Notes: generated by a model not told the origin, from the sequence alone. A stretch of DNA of 64,000 nucleotides from Planctomycetota bacterium (GCA_038213805.1 JBBQSO010000009.1:31663-95662), one strand, 5' to 3'; shown: positions 47,399 to 58,087, counted from the first letter of the stretch. Program-made: numbers and translations.

Positions 47399-50248
47399 TC
47401 ACTCCGCCGGGGCTTGCCGCACCGCGTGCCCACCCCGCCCGTATTTGGCGAAATACCGCTCCAGGATGCGCTTGACCACCGGCGTGCAGGCCTGGCCACC
47501 GAACGTACCGCTGTGGATGAAGCAGGCGAACGCCACGGTGGGATTGTCGGCCGGCGCGTAGCCGATCATCCAGGCGTTGTCGGGAGTGGTGCCATTGCGG
47601 CGGGTCTCGGGACTGCCGCGCTCGCTGGTGCCGGTCTTGGCGGCGACCTTGCAACCGGCGGCGGCGCCCTCGAGGACCAGCGACTTGGCGGTCGAATGCG
47701 GCACGTTGGCGGTGACCATCTCCATGCCGTGGCGGACCTCGGCGAGGTAGTCCTTGCGAATGTGCAGGTCGACGACCTCCGGCGGCCCGGCGGGCGCCAC
47801 CAGGTAGGGGCGCACGATATGCCCACCGTTGGCGACCGCCGCAGCCAGCACCACCACCTGGATGGGCGCGGTGGTCGGGAACTGCCCGATGCCGAAGCGC
47901 CAATCGTCGTTGGGCGCCCAGTGCGGCTCGGCGGGCCGGTCGCGGGCGATGGTCGACGGCCTTGGCAGGAAACCTGGTCGCTGGTCGCTGACGTCCAGGG
48001 CGTTATTGCGGCCGAGGCCGAACTGGCTGGCGAAGGCGGCGAGACGCTCGCCGCCCAGGCGGCGGGCGATGGTCGCGAAGTAGACGTTTGAGGAGCGCTG
48101 GATCGCCGTCGGCAGGTCGCAGTCGCCGACCGCGCCGCCGTGCTCGGAAAGGATCTTCTCGCCCTTGGGGGTGTGCCCCATCGCGTCTCCGCAATAGATG
48201 ATCTCGCCCGGGGTCAGCACCCCGTACTCGAGGCAGGCGAGGGCGGTGCAGATCTTCATCACCGATCCCGGCATCTGGTCGGGCATGGTCGCGTAGTCGA
48301 GCAGCGGCTTGCCGCGCGTCTGATCGAGTTCGTGGTACTTCGTGCGCAGGTCCTCAAGGCGGTATCCGGGCGTGGTGGCGAGCGCGAGAATCGCCCCGGT
48401 GTGGCAGTCGATCAGCGCGAAGCCGGCCACACCCTTGCCGCAGTCGTGGGCCACCGAATTGGCCATCGCCTCGGTGGTGGTGCCCAGCGCCTTGGCGAGG
48501 TCGTACCAGTGCGTCAGGCTGTCTTCGGCCAGTACTTGCAGTTCCATGTCGAGTTCGGTGACCAGATCGGTGCCGGCAACCGGCGCCTCATCGCGCACCA
48601 CGCTCGCGCCGTCGGGGGTGCGCAGGCGCACCTGCAGGCCGGAGACGCCGCGCAGCACCGAGTCGTAGTGCCCCTCAAGGCCGCTGCGCCCCTGCCAGGT
48701 GATCGGGCCGGAACGCTGTTCCGGATCGCGGCCGCGCGCGACCGTGCCGATGAGGTGCGAGGCCGCGCCTGGGAACGGGTACTCGCGGCCGAGGTCGACC
48801 TGGATGCTCAGCCCGGGCAGCGGCGAGTCGGCGTCGTCGAAGGCCTTGGCGAGATCGGCGGGTGGCGCGCAGTTGTGCCCGGCCAGGCGCACGATCAGCG
48901 CGTGCGGCAGGTCGGAGACCAGGGCGATCGGGTCGACGTGGGTCTGCCCGTCCCAGGCGCGGTCGGCGACGGCGCGCGCGGCGGCCAGCGCCTGCTCGAT
49001 GTCGAGGCGCGTGGTCGGCCGGCCCAGCGCGGTGAGCTGGCTGGACAGCCCAAGCGCGAGGCGTTCGACGCGCACCGGATCGAGGATGATCTGATGCAGG
49101 CCGTAGTCGCGCTCGCAGACCACCGGGCGCAGGCGCTCGCCGTGCTTCTCGAGCAGCGCGCCCAGCCACTCGCCGTCGACGCCCAGGCTGGCGGCGAGGT
49201 GGCGCTGCAGCTGCGAGAACAGCCCGTCGCCGTCCGGCGGATCGCCCTGCACCAGCAGCACGCGCTCGCGCACCCCGGGCACCGCACCGAGGCGGATCTC
49301 GGGTAGCTCCTGACCAGTGGGCAGCAGCGGCGCGATGGCCTCGGCACGCGCCGAGGGCGCGAAATAGACGCCGAGGTCGGGCAGCGGTTTGCGCGCCGCA
49401 GCCAAGGCGCGGTCGAGGTGCTCGTGGACCAGCTGCGGCACCTCGCCGAGCAGCTGCGCCAACACCGCCTCGGCCTGGACGCGGCGGTCGGCCTCGATCA
49501 GGCGCAGGGCCACGTCGACGGGCGGATGGCCGGGCACGTCGAGGTGCAGCGGGTAGGCGCGCAGGAAGGGGTCGAGCACCGCCAGCGCGTGCTCGTCGCT
49601 GCCGCCAGCGAAGTCCTCGTCCAGCCGCTGGGCGGCGGCGTGCAGCTCGTCCTCGGTGCAGACCTCGACCGGCTGCTTCCAGCGCAGCGTCAGCTCGCGC
49701 GCCAGGGCCTCGCGCGGGTCGTCGACCAGCAGATCGGACTCGACCAGACGCTGGGTGTCGATGTCGGTGTCGGCGCCGCTCGGCGCCAGGGCGCGGCGCG
49801 GCACCGTGACCAGCGCCAGGTCGGCGTCGCGCTTGCGCGCACCGGTGCGCTGCGCGACCGCGGGATGGCTGAGCAATTCGGTCAGCAGGATGTCGCGCAG
49901 TTCCGCCGGTGGGCGCGGCTGGCGCACCGCCAGGTCGGCGGTGAGCGCGTCGAGACGCTGCTCGTCGAAGCGGTAGACCGGGATGTCGCGGCGCGCGCGC
50001 CCGCTCAGCTCGAGATCGGCGAGCACCACCGCGAGGTGGTAGACCGCGCGGTTGTCGGTGATCGGCGTACCGTTGCGGTCAAGAATGCGACCGCGCCGCG
50101 GCGGCAGGATCTCGGTGACCAGGCGCGACTGGTCGACGGCCTGGGCAAGGTGCTCGCCCTCGATCACCTGGAGTTCGAAGAGGCGCAACAGGAAGCCGAC
50201 CATCAGCAGCACCATGATGCCGGCGAGCAGGTAGACGCGGTGGGTCAT
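47399..50248 (-). CDS. Class B penicillin-binding protein (PBP2/MrdA-like) with a large insertion
   Basis: N-terminal TM, PPRRGRILDRNG, REYP, GRSGLE, SxxK (SVMK), SxN (SSN), KTG, NAWMIGYAP. Confidence 0.9.
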   Translation of the reverse strand: MTHRVYLLAGIMVLLMVGFLLRLFELQVIEGEHLAQAVDQSRLVTEILPPRRGRILDRNGTPITDNRAVYHLAVVLADLELSGRARRDIPVYRFDEQRLDALTADLAVRQPRPPAELRDILLTELLSHPAVAQRTGARKRDADLALVTVPRRALAPSGADTDIDTQRLVESDLLVDDPREALARELTLRWKQPVEVCTEDELHAAAQRLDEDFAGGSDEHALAVLDPFLRAYPLHLDVPGHPPVDVALRLIEADRRVQAEAVLAQLLGEVPQLVHEHLDRALAAARKPLPDLGVYFAPSARAEAIAPLLPTGQELPEIRLGAVPGVRERVLLVQGDPPDGDGLFSQLQRHLAASLGVDGEWLGALLEKHGERLRPVVCERDYGLHQIILDPVRVERLALGLSSQLTALGRPTTRLDIEQALAAARAVADRAWDGQTHVDPIALVSDLPHALIVRLAGHNCAPPADLAKAFDDADSPLPGLSIQVDLGREYPFPGAASHLIGTVARGRDPEQRSGPITWQGRSGLEGHYDSVLRGVSGLQVRLRTPDGASVVRDEAPVAGTDLVTELDMELQVLAEDSLTHWYDLAKALGTTTEAMANSVAHDCGKGVAGFALIDCHTGAILALATTPGYRLEDLRTKYHELDQTRGKPLLDYATMPDQMPGSVMKICTALACLEYGVLTPGEIIYCGDAMGHTPKGEKILSEHGGAVGDCDLPTAIQRSSNVYFATIARRLGGERLAAFASQFGLGRNNALDVSDQRPGFLPRPSTIARDRPAEPHWAPNDDWRFGIGQFPTTAPIQVVVLAAAVANGGHIVRPYLVAPAGPPEVVDLHIRKDYLAEVRHGMEMVTANVPHSTAKSLVLEGAAAGCKVAAKTGTSERGSPETRRNGTTPDNAWMIGYAPADNPTVAFACFIHSGTFGGQACTPVVKRILERYFAKYGRGGHAVRQAPAE

Positions 50249-50305
50249 GGGCGGTCGCCAGTTTGGCCATGGGGGCGGGACGGGGAAGGAGCGAGGCGGG
50301 CTTGT

Positions 50306-50424
50306 GGCTGATGGCTGATGGCTGATGGCTGATGGCTGATGGCTGATGGCTGATGGCTGATGGCTGATGGCTGATGGCTGATGGCTGATGGCTGATGGCT
50401 GATGGCTGATGGCTGATGGCTGAT
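50306..50424. repeat. Perfect tandem heptamer (GGCTGAT) x17; inverted partner (ATCAGCC) x2 at 50512-50525
   Basis: 119 bp read directly, in the divergent PBP/RapA intergenic region. Confidence 0.97.
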
Positions 50425-50599
50425 GGGAGCGTTCCTCCTTCCACGGCGTTGACATGAATCCGATCCTGGTCGCCGACGCCGGGATCCCCTCTTGGCGCCA
50501 GTGACCGCGCTATCAGCCATCAGCCCCCACCTTGGCCCGCATCCCCGTCCCCGGGTCCCCACCTGGAAATACCATCGCGGCCGATACCCTGCGCGTCCC

Positions 50600-53500
50600 A
50601 TGGCCACCGGCTCCCTCGTCGCGGTTCCCGAACTCCAGGCCGAAGGGCTGGCGCGGCTGCTCGCCCAGCAGGGCAACACCCTGACCATCCGCTTCCTGGC
50701 CAGCGGCGCTGAGATGACCCAGGAGGCCAAGCGCGTCGCGCGCTTCTGCCTGCTGCCGGGCACGCGCGTCCAGGTCATCCACGCAGGCGCGCCGCTTGAG
50801 GGCAGTACCGCGGCCAAGGCGGTGTTGCGCGACCAGGCCAGCGGCCTGTTGGTCTACCCGGTGGCGCTGCCGGATGGCCGCGAGGTCATGGTCCGCGAGG
50901 ACGCGATCATGGGCGTACCGGCGCCCGCCGACCCGCTCGAGCAGCTCGTCACCGCGGCCTTCCACGACATCCGCCCAGGCGGCGGCGGCAACGCCGCCGA
51001 TCCGTGGGGGCCGGCGACCTTCTGCGCGCGCGAGGAGCTCATGCAGTGGCAGGGCGGCGCGTGGTCGACCACCGGCGGTGTGGTCGGCTTCGCCGGCGCG
51101 CGCGTCACGCCGCTGCCGCACCAGCTGCTCACCGCCCGGCGCGTGCTCGCCGACCGCCAGGTGCGCTTCCTGCTCGCCGACGAGGTCGGCCTGGGCAAGA
51201 CCATCGAGGCCGGCCTGATCGTGCAGTCGCTGCTCGCCACCCGCCCGCAACTGCGCGTACTGATCGTGGTGCCGGGCGCGCTGGTCAGCCAGTGGTTCCT
51301 TGAGCTGTTCGTCAAATTCGGCGGCCGCTCGTTCCTGATGCTCGACCACGAGCGCCTGCGCAGCTACGCCGGCAACCCCTGGAAGGACGAGCAGTTCGTG
51401 CTCGCCTCCAGCCGCGCCCTCGAGGAGATGGAACCGAAGGCCGCGCTGCGCCTCGCCCAGTCCGAGTGGGACGTGCTGATCGTCGACGAGTGCCACCGCA
51501 TGCAACCCGGCGGCGTGCTCGCCAAGCGCCTGGCCATCCTCAGCAAGAGCACCCCGCACGTGCTGCTGCTTTCAGCAACGCCTGCGCGCAGCCACCCCGA
51601 CGCCTATCTGGCGCTGCTCGCCCTGCTCCAGCCGCAGGTCTACCGCAGCGACGACCTCGCCGGCTTCGCCGCCAAGGTCGCCGCCTACGACCGCGTGGTC
51701 ACGCTGATGGCGGCGACCAAGGACGCCGTGCCGGCGCAGGCGCGCGAACTGGCCACGGGCTGGACCGCGCTGCTCGGCGCCGATCCGCAGCTCGCCGCAC
51801 TGGCCGGCGCCTTCGCCGCCGCGGCCGGCGCGCGCGTCGCCGAGGCCGCTCCCGACACTGCCTTCAGCGCGGCGCAGGGCGCGCTGCTGGCGCACGTGCG
51901 CGAGCACTACCAGCTCGACCAGCGCATCATCCGCCACCGCCGCCAGGTGCTGGCGCGGCTGTCGCACGCCAGCGGCGTCAAGGGCCTTGACCTGACCACA
52001 CGCAGCGCCGAGCGCGTGCCCTACAGTCCGGATGCCCCCGAACTGGCGGTGCGCGCCGCGCTGCGCGCCTACCAGGACGCGCTGCTCACGCGCTTCCGCG
52101 AGGGGTCGCGCAAGAGCGGCGCGGTGCCGCCGCGCCTCGCGCATTGGCTGCTGCAGCTCGAACTTGCCAGCGCCGCCACCCCGCATGTCCTCGACCGCCT
52201 GCTGGCGATGCGCGCGGCGGTGCTGGACGACCCGGGCGAGTTCGCCGACTACCGTGCGCGCGCCATCAAGGGCGAGAGCACCGCGCACGTGCTGCGCAAC
52301 GACCTCTCCGAAAACGAGATCGCCGCGCACGTCGCGGTCAGCGCTGCCTGCCACGCCGAGCCCGCGGTCGAGGCGGAGGTGCTCGCCGCGTTGCGCGCCG
52401 CGGTCGCGGCCTGGGCGAAGAAGGCGCCGGCGCGCGCCAAGGCGCTGATCGCCCGCCTCAAGCGCTTCTGGGCCGACAGCCCCGACGAGAAGGTGCTGGT
52501 CTTCACCGCGCACGGCCTGGCCGTCAGCCAGCTCGCCGAGCTGCTCGCCGACGCCTTCGGCGACGGCGCGGTCGAGACCTTCGGCGCCCACCAGGACACC
52601 GTCGGCCGCGAGGAGGCCGCGCGCCGCTTCCGTGAGGACGACAAGTGCCCGCTGCTGATCTGCGATCCACTCGGCGGTGAGGGCCGCAACTTCCAGTTCG
52701 TCTCGGTCGTAGCCCACCACGATCTGCCGTGGTCGGTGGCCGCGGTCGAGCAGCGCATCGGCCGTGTCGACCGCCTCGGGCGCGACGGCGACGTGCCGAG
52801 CTGGGTGCTGGCCGGCGACCACGAGGCCTGCGTCGACGGCGCCTGGGCCGCGGTCCTGGAGCGCGCGGTCGGGGTGTTCACCGCCTCGTCGTCGGGCCTG
52901 GAGTTCATCTGCGACGCGCTCGAGACGCGCGCCCTGGACGCGGTCTATGCTGGTGGCGCGACCGCGCTCAACGCCGCGTTGCCGGAGCTCGCCACGCTGG
53001 TCGCCGCCGAGCGTGACGCGCGCGACGCGCGCGCCGACGAGCTCTTCCACGAAGAGGCCGCGACCTACGCCGAGGCCGCGCGCACCGCCCAGGAGATCGC
53101 TGCGGTGGCCGCGCCCAAGGAGGCGGTGACGCGCTGGATCCGCGGCATGGGCGGCTCGGCGCGCCGCGATGATGAGGGCCAGCGTTCCTACCACCTGCGC
53201 ACACGCTTCAGCCACAACCCTGATGTCGGGGTGTTCGAGCGCGACGCCGCCCTGGCGCGCCCCGACCTCAAGTTCTTCGCCCCGGGCGACAACCTCATCG
53301 ACCGCCTGCTCGACGACGCCAGTCGCGCGTCGTGGTGCCGTGCCAGCGCCTGGCGCCGCCAGCCGGTGCAGGCGCTCGAACGCTGGGAGGGCCTGCGCGT
53401 CGGCTACGAACTCGTCCTCGATCTCGCCCCGCTCGCCGCCGCCGGCCTGGCCCTGGACAGCCTGCGCCGCTTGTTGTTGTTGGTACCACCGCGGCGCTTC

Positions 53501-53965
53501 ACCGGCTTCGTACGCACCAGCGACGCCCAGGTCGAAACCGCCCCCGGCGCACTCGCAGTGCTCGCCACGCCCTTCGACCAACGCCGCGGCGACAGCGCCC
53601 TGAGCCTGAGCGCGAGCCGCGAGATCTGGACGCGCCCATTCCTGGCCGGCAAGGTCGAGCAGGTCGCCAAGTGGCAGGACGAGGTCCGCCGCGCGCACGC
53701 CGTCGCTGCCGCCCACGCCCTGGCGCTGCTGCCCGAAGAACGCGACGCCGCGCTGGCGCGCTGCGCGCGCAGCTTCGACGCCAGCCTCGCCGCCGCCCGC
53801 GCGCAGGCCGCGACCGCCGCCGCGCGCTTTGGCGCCAAGCACGCCGACACCGTGCGCGCCACCGCCGAAGCCGCCGAAGAGGAACGCCAGACCACCGCCC
53901 TGCGCGCAGCGCTGGTGGGGGCAAAACTGGAGATCGCCAGCCTGGCGTACCTCGTGGTCGCCTGA
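50600..53965 (+). CDS. RapA/HepA-like SNF2 family ATPase
   Basis: LPHQ, FLLADEVGLGKTIEAG, DECH, LLSATP, GEGRNFQ, EQRIGRVDRLG. Confidence 0.9.
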   Translation: MATGSLVAVPELQAEGLARLLAQQGNTLTIRFLASGAEMTQEAKRVARFCLLPGTRVQVIHAGAPLEGSTAAKAVLRDQASGLLVYPVALPDGREVMVREDAIMGVPAPADPLEQLVTAAFHDIRPGGGGNAADPWGPATFCAREELMQWQGGAWSTTGGVVGFAGARVTPLPHQLLTARRVLADRQVRFLLADEVGLGKTIEAGLIVQSLLATRPQLRVLIVVPGALVSQWFLELFVKFGGRSFLMLDHERLRSYAGNPWKDEQFVLASSRALEEMEPKAALRLAQSEWDVLIVDECHRMQPGGVLAKRLAILSKSTPHVLLLSATPARSHPDAYLALLALLQPQVYRSDDLAGFAAKVAAYDRVVTLMAATKDAVPAQARELATGWTALLGADPQLAALAGAFAAAAGARVAEAAPDTAFSAAQGALLAHVREHYQLDQRIIRHRRQVLARLSHASGVKGLDLTTRSAERVPYSPDAPELAVRAALRAYQDALLTRFREGSRKSGAVPPRLAHWLLQLELASAATPHVLDRLLAMRAAVLDDPGEFADYRARAIKGESTAHVLRNDLSENEIAAHVAVSAACHAEPAVEAEVLAALRAAVAAWAKKAPARAKALIARLKRFWADSPDEKVLVFTAHGLAVSQLAELLADAFGDGAVETFGAHQDTVGREEAARRFREDDKCPLLICDPLGGEGRNFQFVSVVAHHDLPWSVAAVEQRIGRVDRLGRDGDVPSWVLAGDHEACVDGAWAAVLERAVGVFTASSSGLEFICDALETRALDAVYAGGATALNAALPELATLVAAERDARDARADELFHEEAATYAEAARTAQEIAAVAAPKEAVTRWIRGMGGSARRDDEGQRSYHLRTRFSHNPDVGVFERDAALARPDLKFFAPGDNLIDRLLDDASRASWCRASAWRRQPVQALERWEGLRVGYELVLDLAPLAAAGLALDSLRRLLLLVPPRRFTGFVRTSDAQVETAPGALAVLATPFDQRRGDSALSLSASREIWTRPFLAGKVEQVAKWQDEVRRAHAVAAAHALALLPEERDAALARCARSFDASLAAARAQAATAAARFGAKHADTVRATAEAAEEERQTTALRAALVGAKLEIASLAYLVVA

Positions 53966-53972
53966 AGCGACG

Positions 53973-54116
53973 GTCCGGAAGTCCGGAAATCAGACGGCCG
54001 GACGCACACCCAAATCAGCGCATGGATCGCAGACGCCTCCTACGATGAGGTGCCCCGCAAACGCTCTGACCCTCGCGCTCCGAGACTTCCGGACTTCCGG
54101 ACCTCCAGACTTCCAG
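53973..54116. repeat. Inverted pair of octamer arrays: (GTCCGGAA)n at 53973-53991 and (CTTCCGGA)n at 54084-54116
   Basis: Read directly between two convergent stop codons. Confidence 0.85.
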
Positions 54117-54120
54117 CCCC

Positions 54121-54702
54121 TCACACCAGATCGCAGGCGTCGTCCGGCATCCAGTGCGCCTGCTTGCCATCCCACTTCACATTGCAGCCGATCGGGTTGG
54201 TGAGCGGCTTCGTGACCGGCTTTCCGGCGGTGAGTTCGGCGAGCGCGTCGGCGAGCTCGTTGGTGGTGGCCTTGGTCGCGTCGCGCGGCTTGTCCACGCC
54301 CCGGCCGCAGTAGGCGAGCTTACGCGCCTGGTCGAAGACGTAGAAGTGCGGCGTGCGCAGGGCGCCGTAGGCGACGGCGACCGCCTGCGCCTCATCGTGC
54401 AGATAGACCCACGGGAAGCGCTGCTGCTGCATGCGCGTCACCATGTGCGGGAAATCGTCGTCGGCGTAGGTGTTGGCGCTGTTGCTGTTGATGCCGACGA
54501 AACGCACGCCCTGCCCGGCGAAGCGCAGCGCGGTGGCGCGCGTCGATTCGTCGCTGCCAAGCACGTACGGGCAATGGTTGCAGGTGAAGAACACCACCAG
54601 CACGGTGGCGTCGGCGAAATCCGCCAGGCCATAGCGCCGGCCATCGGTGGCGGGCAGGTCGAAGGCGGGGGCGGCGGCGCCCAGTGGGAGAGTGAAGGGC
54701 AT
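54121..54702 (-). CDS. Thioredoxin-fold / AhpC-TSA family redoxin
   Basis: [36 protein letters not shown]. Confidence 0.92.
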   Translation of the reverse strand: MPFTLPLGAAAPAFDLPATDGRRYGLADFADATVLVVFFTCNHCPYVLGSDESTRATALRFAGQGVRFVGINSNSANTYADDDFPHMVTRMQQQRFPWVYLHDEAQAVAVAYGALRTPHFYVFDQARKLAYCGRGVDKPRDATKATTNELADALAELTAGKPVTKPLTNPIGCNVKWDGKQAHWMPDDACDLV

Positions 54703-54882
54703 GTGGCGCCTTTCGCGAGAGCGCGAGGCAGGGGTGGACGGCCGAGGAGAGCAGGTGACACGGCGCGCATGGTGAACTTAGGCGAGGGCCGGCCGGTGCC
54801 CCCGGAACCTGCGTCGCCCCCCTGCCGAGTCAACGGCTGGTGGAGACTGGTCCAACAGCTCCGGACCGCGATGCTCGGCACC

Positions 54883-55575
54883 ATGGATACGCACATACCT
54901 CCCAGCACTGCTACGCGCCTTGCGCTCGCCAGCGCGGCACTGGCGGCCCTGCTCCTGGGCAGCGGCTGCGGCAACTCGCGCATCGCCGGCGATGCGGGCG
55001 GCATTCCGGTGACCTTCCATGTCACCATCAGCCGCCAGTTCGCGCGCGACCTCGTCCATCGCCGGCCCGGCGAGAACGCGGTCTACGCCTATCCCACCTT
55101 CGGTTTTTCGGCCTATGGCGGCTATGGCCGACGCTGCGGTCCGTATCCGTATTACGACCCGTTCTGGGGCCCACCGGTATACTATGGGCCGCCCTCACCC
55201 AGCGCGATGCTGCTCGGTGGCGATGGTCCGGCGCAGGGCCGCCTGTTCCGCGTCGAACTCGACTGGGGTGACGACACCACCTTCACCGTGCCGATCGCGC
55301 CCGGCCACGTGGTGACGCTGACCGTGCAGGGCTATGGCAGCATCGATGGCTGGGAACTGGTGGGCGCCTTCACCGCCGGCACCCAGCCGGGACAGAGCGT
55401 CACCCTCGATCTGCTCGAGCACGCGCCCAAGATGACCCTGGTCGGGGCCACGCCGGCGCCGCTGCCAGAAATCCCCGGACCACCGCCGCCAGCCATGGCC
55501 CCGTCCATGCCGCCAAAGGCCCTCGCACCACCGACACCCGCTGCGGCCACCGCAGCGGCGCCAGCTCAGCCCTGA
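54883..55575 (+). CDS. Hypothetical lipoprotein
   Basis: Hydrophobic leader ending in the lipobox-like LGSGC; Gly/Tyr/Pro-rich segment; Pro/Ala tail. Confidence 0.7.
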   Translation: MDTHIPPSTATRLALASAALAALLLGSGCGNSRIAGDAGGIPVTFHVTISRQFARDLVHRRPGENAVYAYPTFGFSAYGGYGRRCGPYPYYDPFWGPPVYYGPPSPSAMLLGGDGPAQGRLFRVELDWGDDTTFTVPIAPGHVVTLTVQGYGSIDGWELVGAFTAGTQPGQSVTLDLLEHAPKMTLVGATPAPLPEIPGPPPPAMAPSMPPKALAPPTPAAATAAAPAQP

Positions 55576-55579
55576 ACCC

Positions 55580-57841
55580 TCACTCGTAGGTGCCGGCCCA
55601 CACCGAGCGGATGGCCTTGCCCATCTCCTTGGTCTCGTGGTTGACCTCGGTGACCTGGCCCTTGGTGAAACCGATCGGCGCGATGAAGCCCTTATCGGCG
55701 ACCAGCGCATCAAGCTCCGTCTGCGTGGCGGCGAGCCAATCCTTGACCTCGCCAAGCTCCTTCTTGGTGTGCTTGCCGTCGCCGATGTTCTGCCAGCTCT
55801 GGTGCGCCTCCTCGTAGGCGAGGATTTCGCGTAGGCGGTCGCAGACCGCCTTGTCCTTGACGAGCTGCGCCTTCCACTTCTCCAGGTCCTGGCCGCACGC
55901 CTTCACCACGTCTTCGCGCCCGTAGACCTTGCCCGTGAGGATGCCCAAGGTGGTGAAGCAGGTCGCGTCCTCGCCGTGCGCAGCGAGCTTGTCGAGTGCC
56001 GGGCGCAGCGCCGGGTAGTTCTGATTGCTGACCAGCGACAGCGCCGCCGCCGCGACCCCGCGCGCCGCGTCGTCGTCGAGGGCGGCGATGAGCTTGGTGA
56101 TCAGATCGTTGCTCGCCGCATCGGCCGCCGCGCTCATGGTTTTCGCCTCGGCCTTGCTCTTGGCATCGTCGGCGGCCGCGGACACCGTCACGCCGATCAG
56201 GCTCTTGCCGAGCACGCCGGACATGTACGGGCCATCGACCCCGTCGAGCTGCAGGGCGTCGAGCTTGGGCACCAGCGCGAGCAGCGCGTCGCGCGCGCCG
56301 CTCAGGCGCAGGCCTTTGACCGCCTTGATCGCGGCAGCGAGCTCGACCTTGGGCGTGTCGGGTGCGAGTTTGGGCGCCAGGGTCTTGCCCAGCTCTTCGC
56401 GTTCCTTGAAGCCCTGCGGGGTGTCCCCCAGGACCATGCCGGGGCCGCCCAGCGCCTCGATCGCGACCGCGCGCATCGCTGGCTGGGGATTGGCGAACAG
56501 CTTCATGATCTGCGGCAGGTGCAGCGGCGTCGCGGTCTTGACGACTTTGTCCGCGAGCGCCGCGAGCGCCTGCTCGCCGACGCGACTATTCAGCAAAGTG
56601 AACGCATAATTGAGGTTGGTCGCATCGATGATCTCGGCGAGCGCCTTGATCGCGGCCTCGACGCGCTCCGGGTCCTGGCTGGGCGTGACCGCGGCGTTGA
56701 GCAGAGTCTCGGCGGGCACGAACTCCTTATTCTCGTTGCCCTTGGCGATGACGATCAGCCGCACCGCGGCGTCGGCGATTGGGCGTGGCGTGTCGAGGTC
56801 GCGCGCCCACGCCGCGAGCGCGTTCGGCAGCCGGCTGTGGCGATTCGCATCGGCGTCGTAGATGTCGGCCGCGGCGGCCAGCGCGGCGGCGCGCTCCTCG
56901 ACGGTTACGGTCTTGGCCGATGGATCCGCGGCTGGCGCCGGAGCGGCCCCCGCGCCCGGAGCCGCAGCGGCGAGCGGGCGCTCGGCGATGATGGTCAGCG
57001 CCAGGAAGCTCTTCACGGTCTTCGCCATGGAGATCTGCGCGTCGACCGGGCCGCGATTCTCGACCACGGCGGCGGTGACGATGCTGACGTTGTTGTCTAC
57101 CAGTTTCAGGAAGGCGTCGGCCGCGGCGGTGCGCGCGCCGCTGCCCTCGCTGCGCGTGGCGTCGAGCTTCGACAAGGCCAGGGCGCGCCGTACCGGGTTG
57201 AACGAGAGCGCGCCGATGACCACCACCAGCACCACACCAAGCACCACGAACTTGGCCATGCCGCCGCCCTGGGCGCGCGGCCGCCGTGTCGCGGACTCGT
57301 CCTGGACGCCGCGCGTGCGCGTGCTGCTGGCGGCCCCGCGGGAAGCGCCCGATGCCTTGCCCACCGCCTTGGCTGACGTGCTCGAGCCCTTGCCGACCGC
57401 ACGCACGCGCGACGACTGGCCAGTTTTGGCCGCGAGCCGGGCCGAACCCGGGCGCGGCGGCACGGCGCTGCGCGTGGACGAGGGCGGCTTGCGCACCGCG
57501 CCGTGGGCCACCGCCGAACCGCCGCCCACCGCGGGCGCGCCCACGTCCGTGGTGGCGCCGTCCTGAGGACTGTCGAATTGGATCGATGAGACGCTGCCCA
57601 CCGCAGGCCGGCTCGCCGAGGAGGCTTTGCCCGGCGTCGCGGGCGCCACCGGCGGGCGCGCAGGAGCGGGTTGCGCCACCGGCCGCGCTGGAGTTGGCCC
57701 GCGCGGCGGCGCGAGCGGCTGCGTCCCGGCGGTCTGCGCCGCGGTCGGTGGCCGCGGAGCGCTGCCCACCGGCGCCTGCCGCGACGGGGTAGTGGAGGCG
57801 GCAAGCCGGGCGGAACCCGGACGGGAGGCGGGAGTAGGCAT
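55580..57841 (-). CDS. Single-pass membrane protein with long low-complexity N-terminal tail and HEAT/ARM-like helical region
   Basis: About 195 aa Pro/Ala/Ser/Arg-rich N-terminus, TM FVVLGVVLVVVIGAL, HEAT-like PQPAMRAVAIEALG. Confidence 0.75.
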   Translation of the reverse strand: MPTPASRPGSARLAASTTPSRQAPVGSAPRPPTAAQTAGTQPLAPPRGPTPARPVAQPAPARPPVAPATPGKASSASRPAVGSVSSIQFDSPQDGATTDVGAPAVGGGSAVAHGAVRKPPSSTRSAVPPRPGSARLAAKTGQSSRVRAVGKGSSTSAKAVGKASGASRGAASSTRTRGVQDESATRRPRAQGGGMAKFVVLGVVLVVVIGALSFNPVRRALALSKLDATRSEGSGARTAAADAFLKLVDNNVSIVTAAVVENRGPVDAQISMAKTVKSFLALTIIAERPLAAAAPGAGAAPAPAADPSAKTVTVEERAAALAAAADIYDADANRHSRLPNALAAWARDLDTPRPIADAAVRLIVIAKGNENKEFVPAETLLNAAVTPSQDPERVEAAIKALAEIIDATNLNYAFTLLNSRVGEQALAALADKVVKTATPLHLPQIMKLFANPQPAMRAVAIEALGGPGMVLGDTPQGFKEREELGKTLAPKLAPDTPKVELAAAIKAVKGLRLSGARDALLALVPKLDALQLDGVDGPYMSGVLGKSLIGVTVSAAADDAKSKAEAKTMSAAADAASNDLITKLIAALDDDAARGVAAAALSLVSNQNYPALRPALDKLAAHGEDATCFTTLGILTGKVYGREDVVKACGQDLEKWKAQLVKDKAVCDRLREILAYEEAHQSWQNIGDGKHTKKELGEVKDWLAATQTELDALVADKGFIAPIGFTKGQVTEVNHETKEMGKAIRSVWAGTYE

Positions 57842-58087
57842 GCCGTGACCCTAGCGTTGGATGGTCGGGCGCAGTGAGTGTCCAGGGTCGCGCAACACGG
57901 CTGTGTGCGTCATCGCCCCGCTGGTGGGCGGGCACGGAATCGACGCCCGACTAGGACGATACCGGACGTTTCGGCCCCCGGTCGCAGAACGGCGCTCCGG
58001 ATCGGCGACGCCGTGCCGCGACGCAGCGGGATTAATGGATCGCCACAGCGCAGCAGCTGGCGCAGTCCGGATGCGGCGTGCGGCGCC

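Noticed and set aside
50249..50455. PBP N-terminal extension with SHQPSAI repeats
   Set aside because: This is a translation of the heptamer array; the TM anchor begins at MTHRVY (50248).
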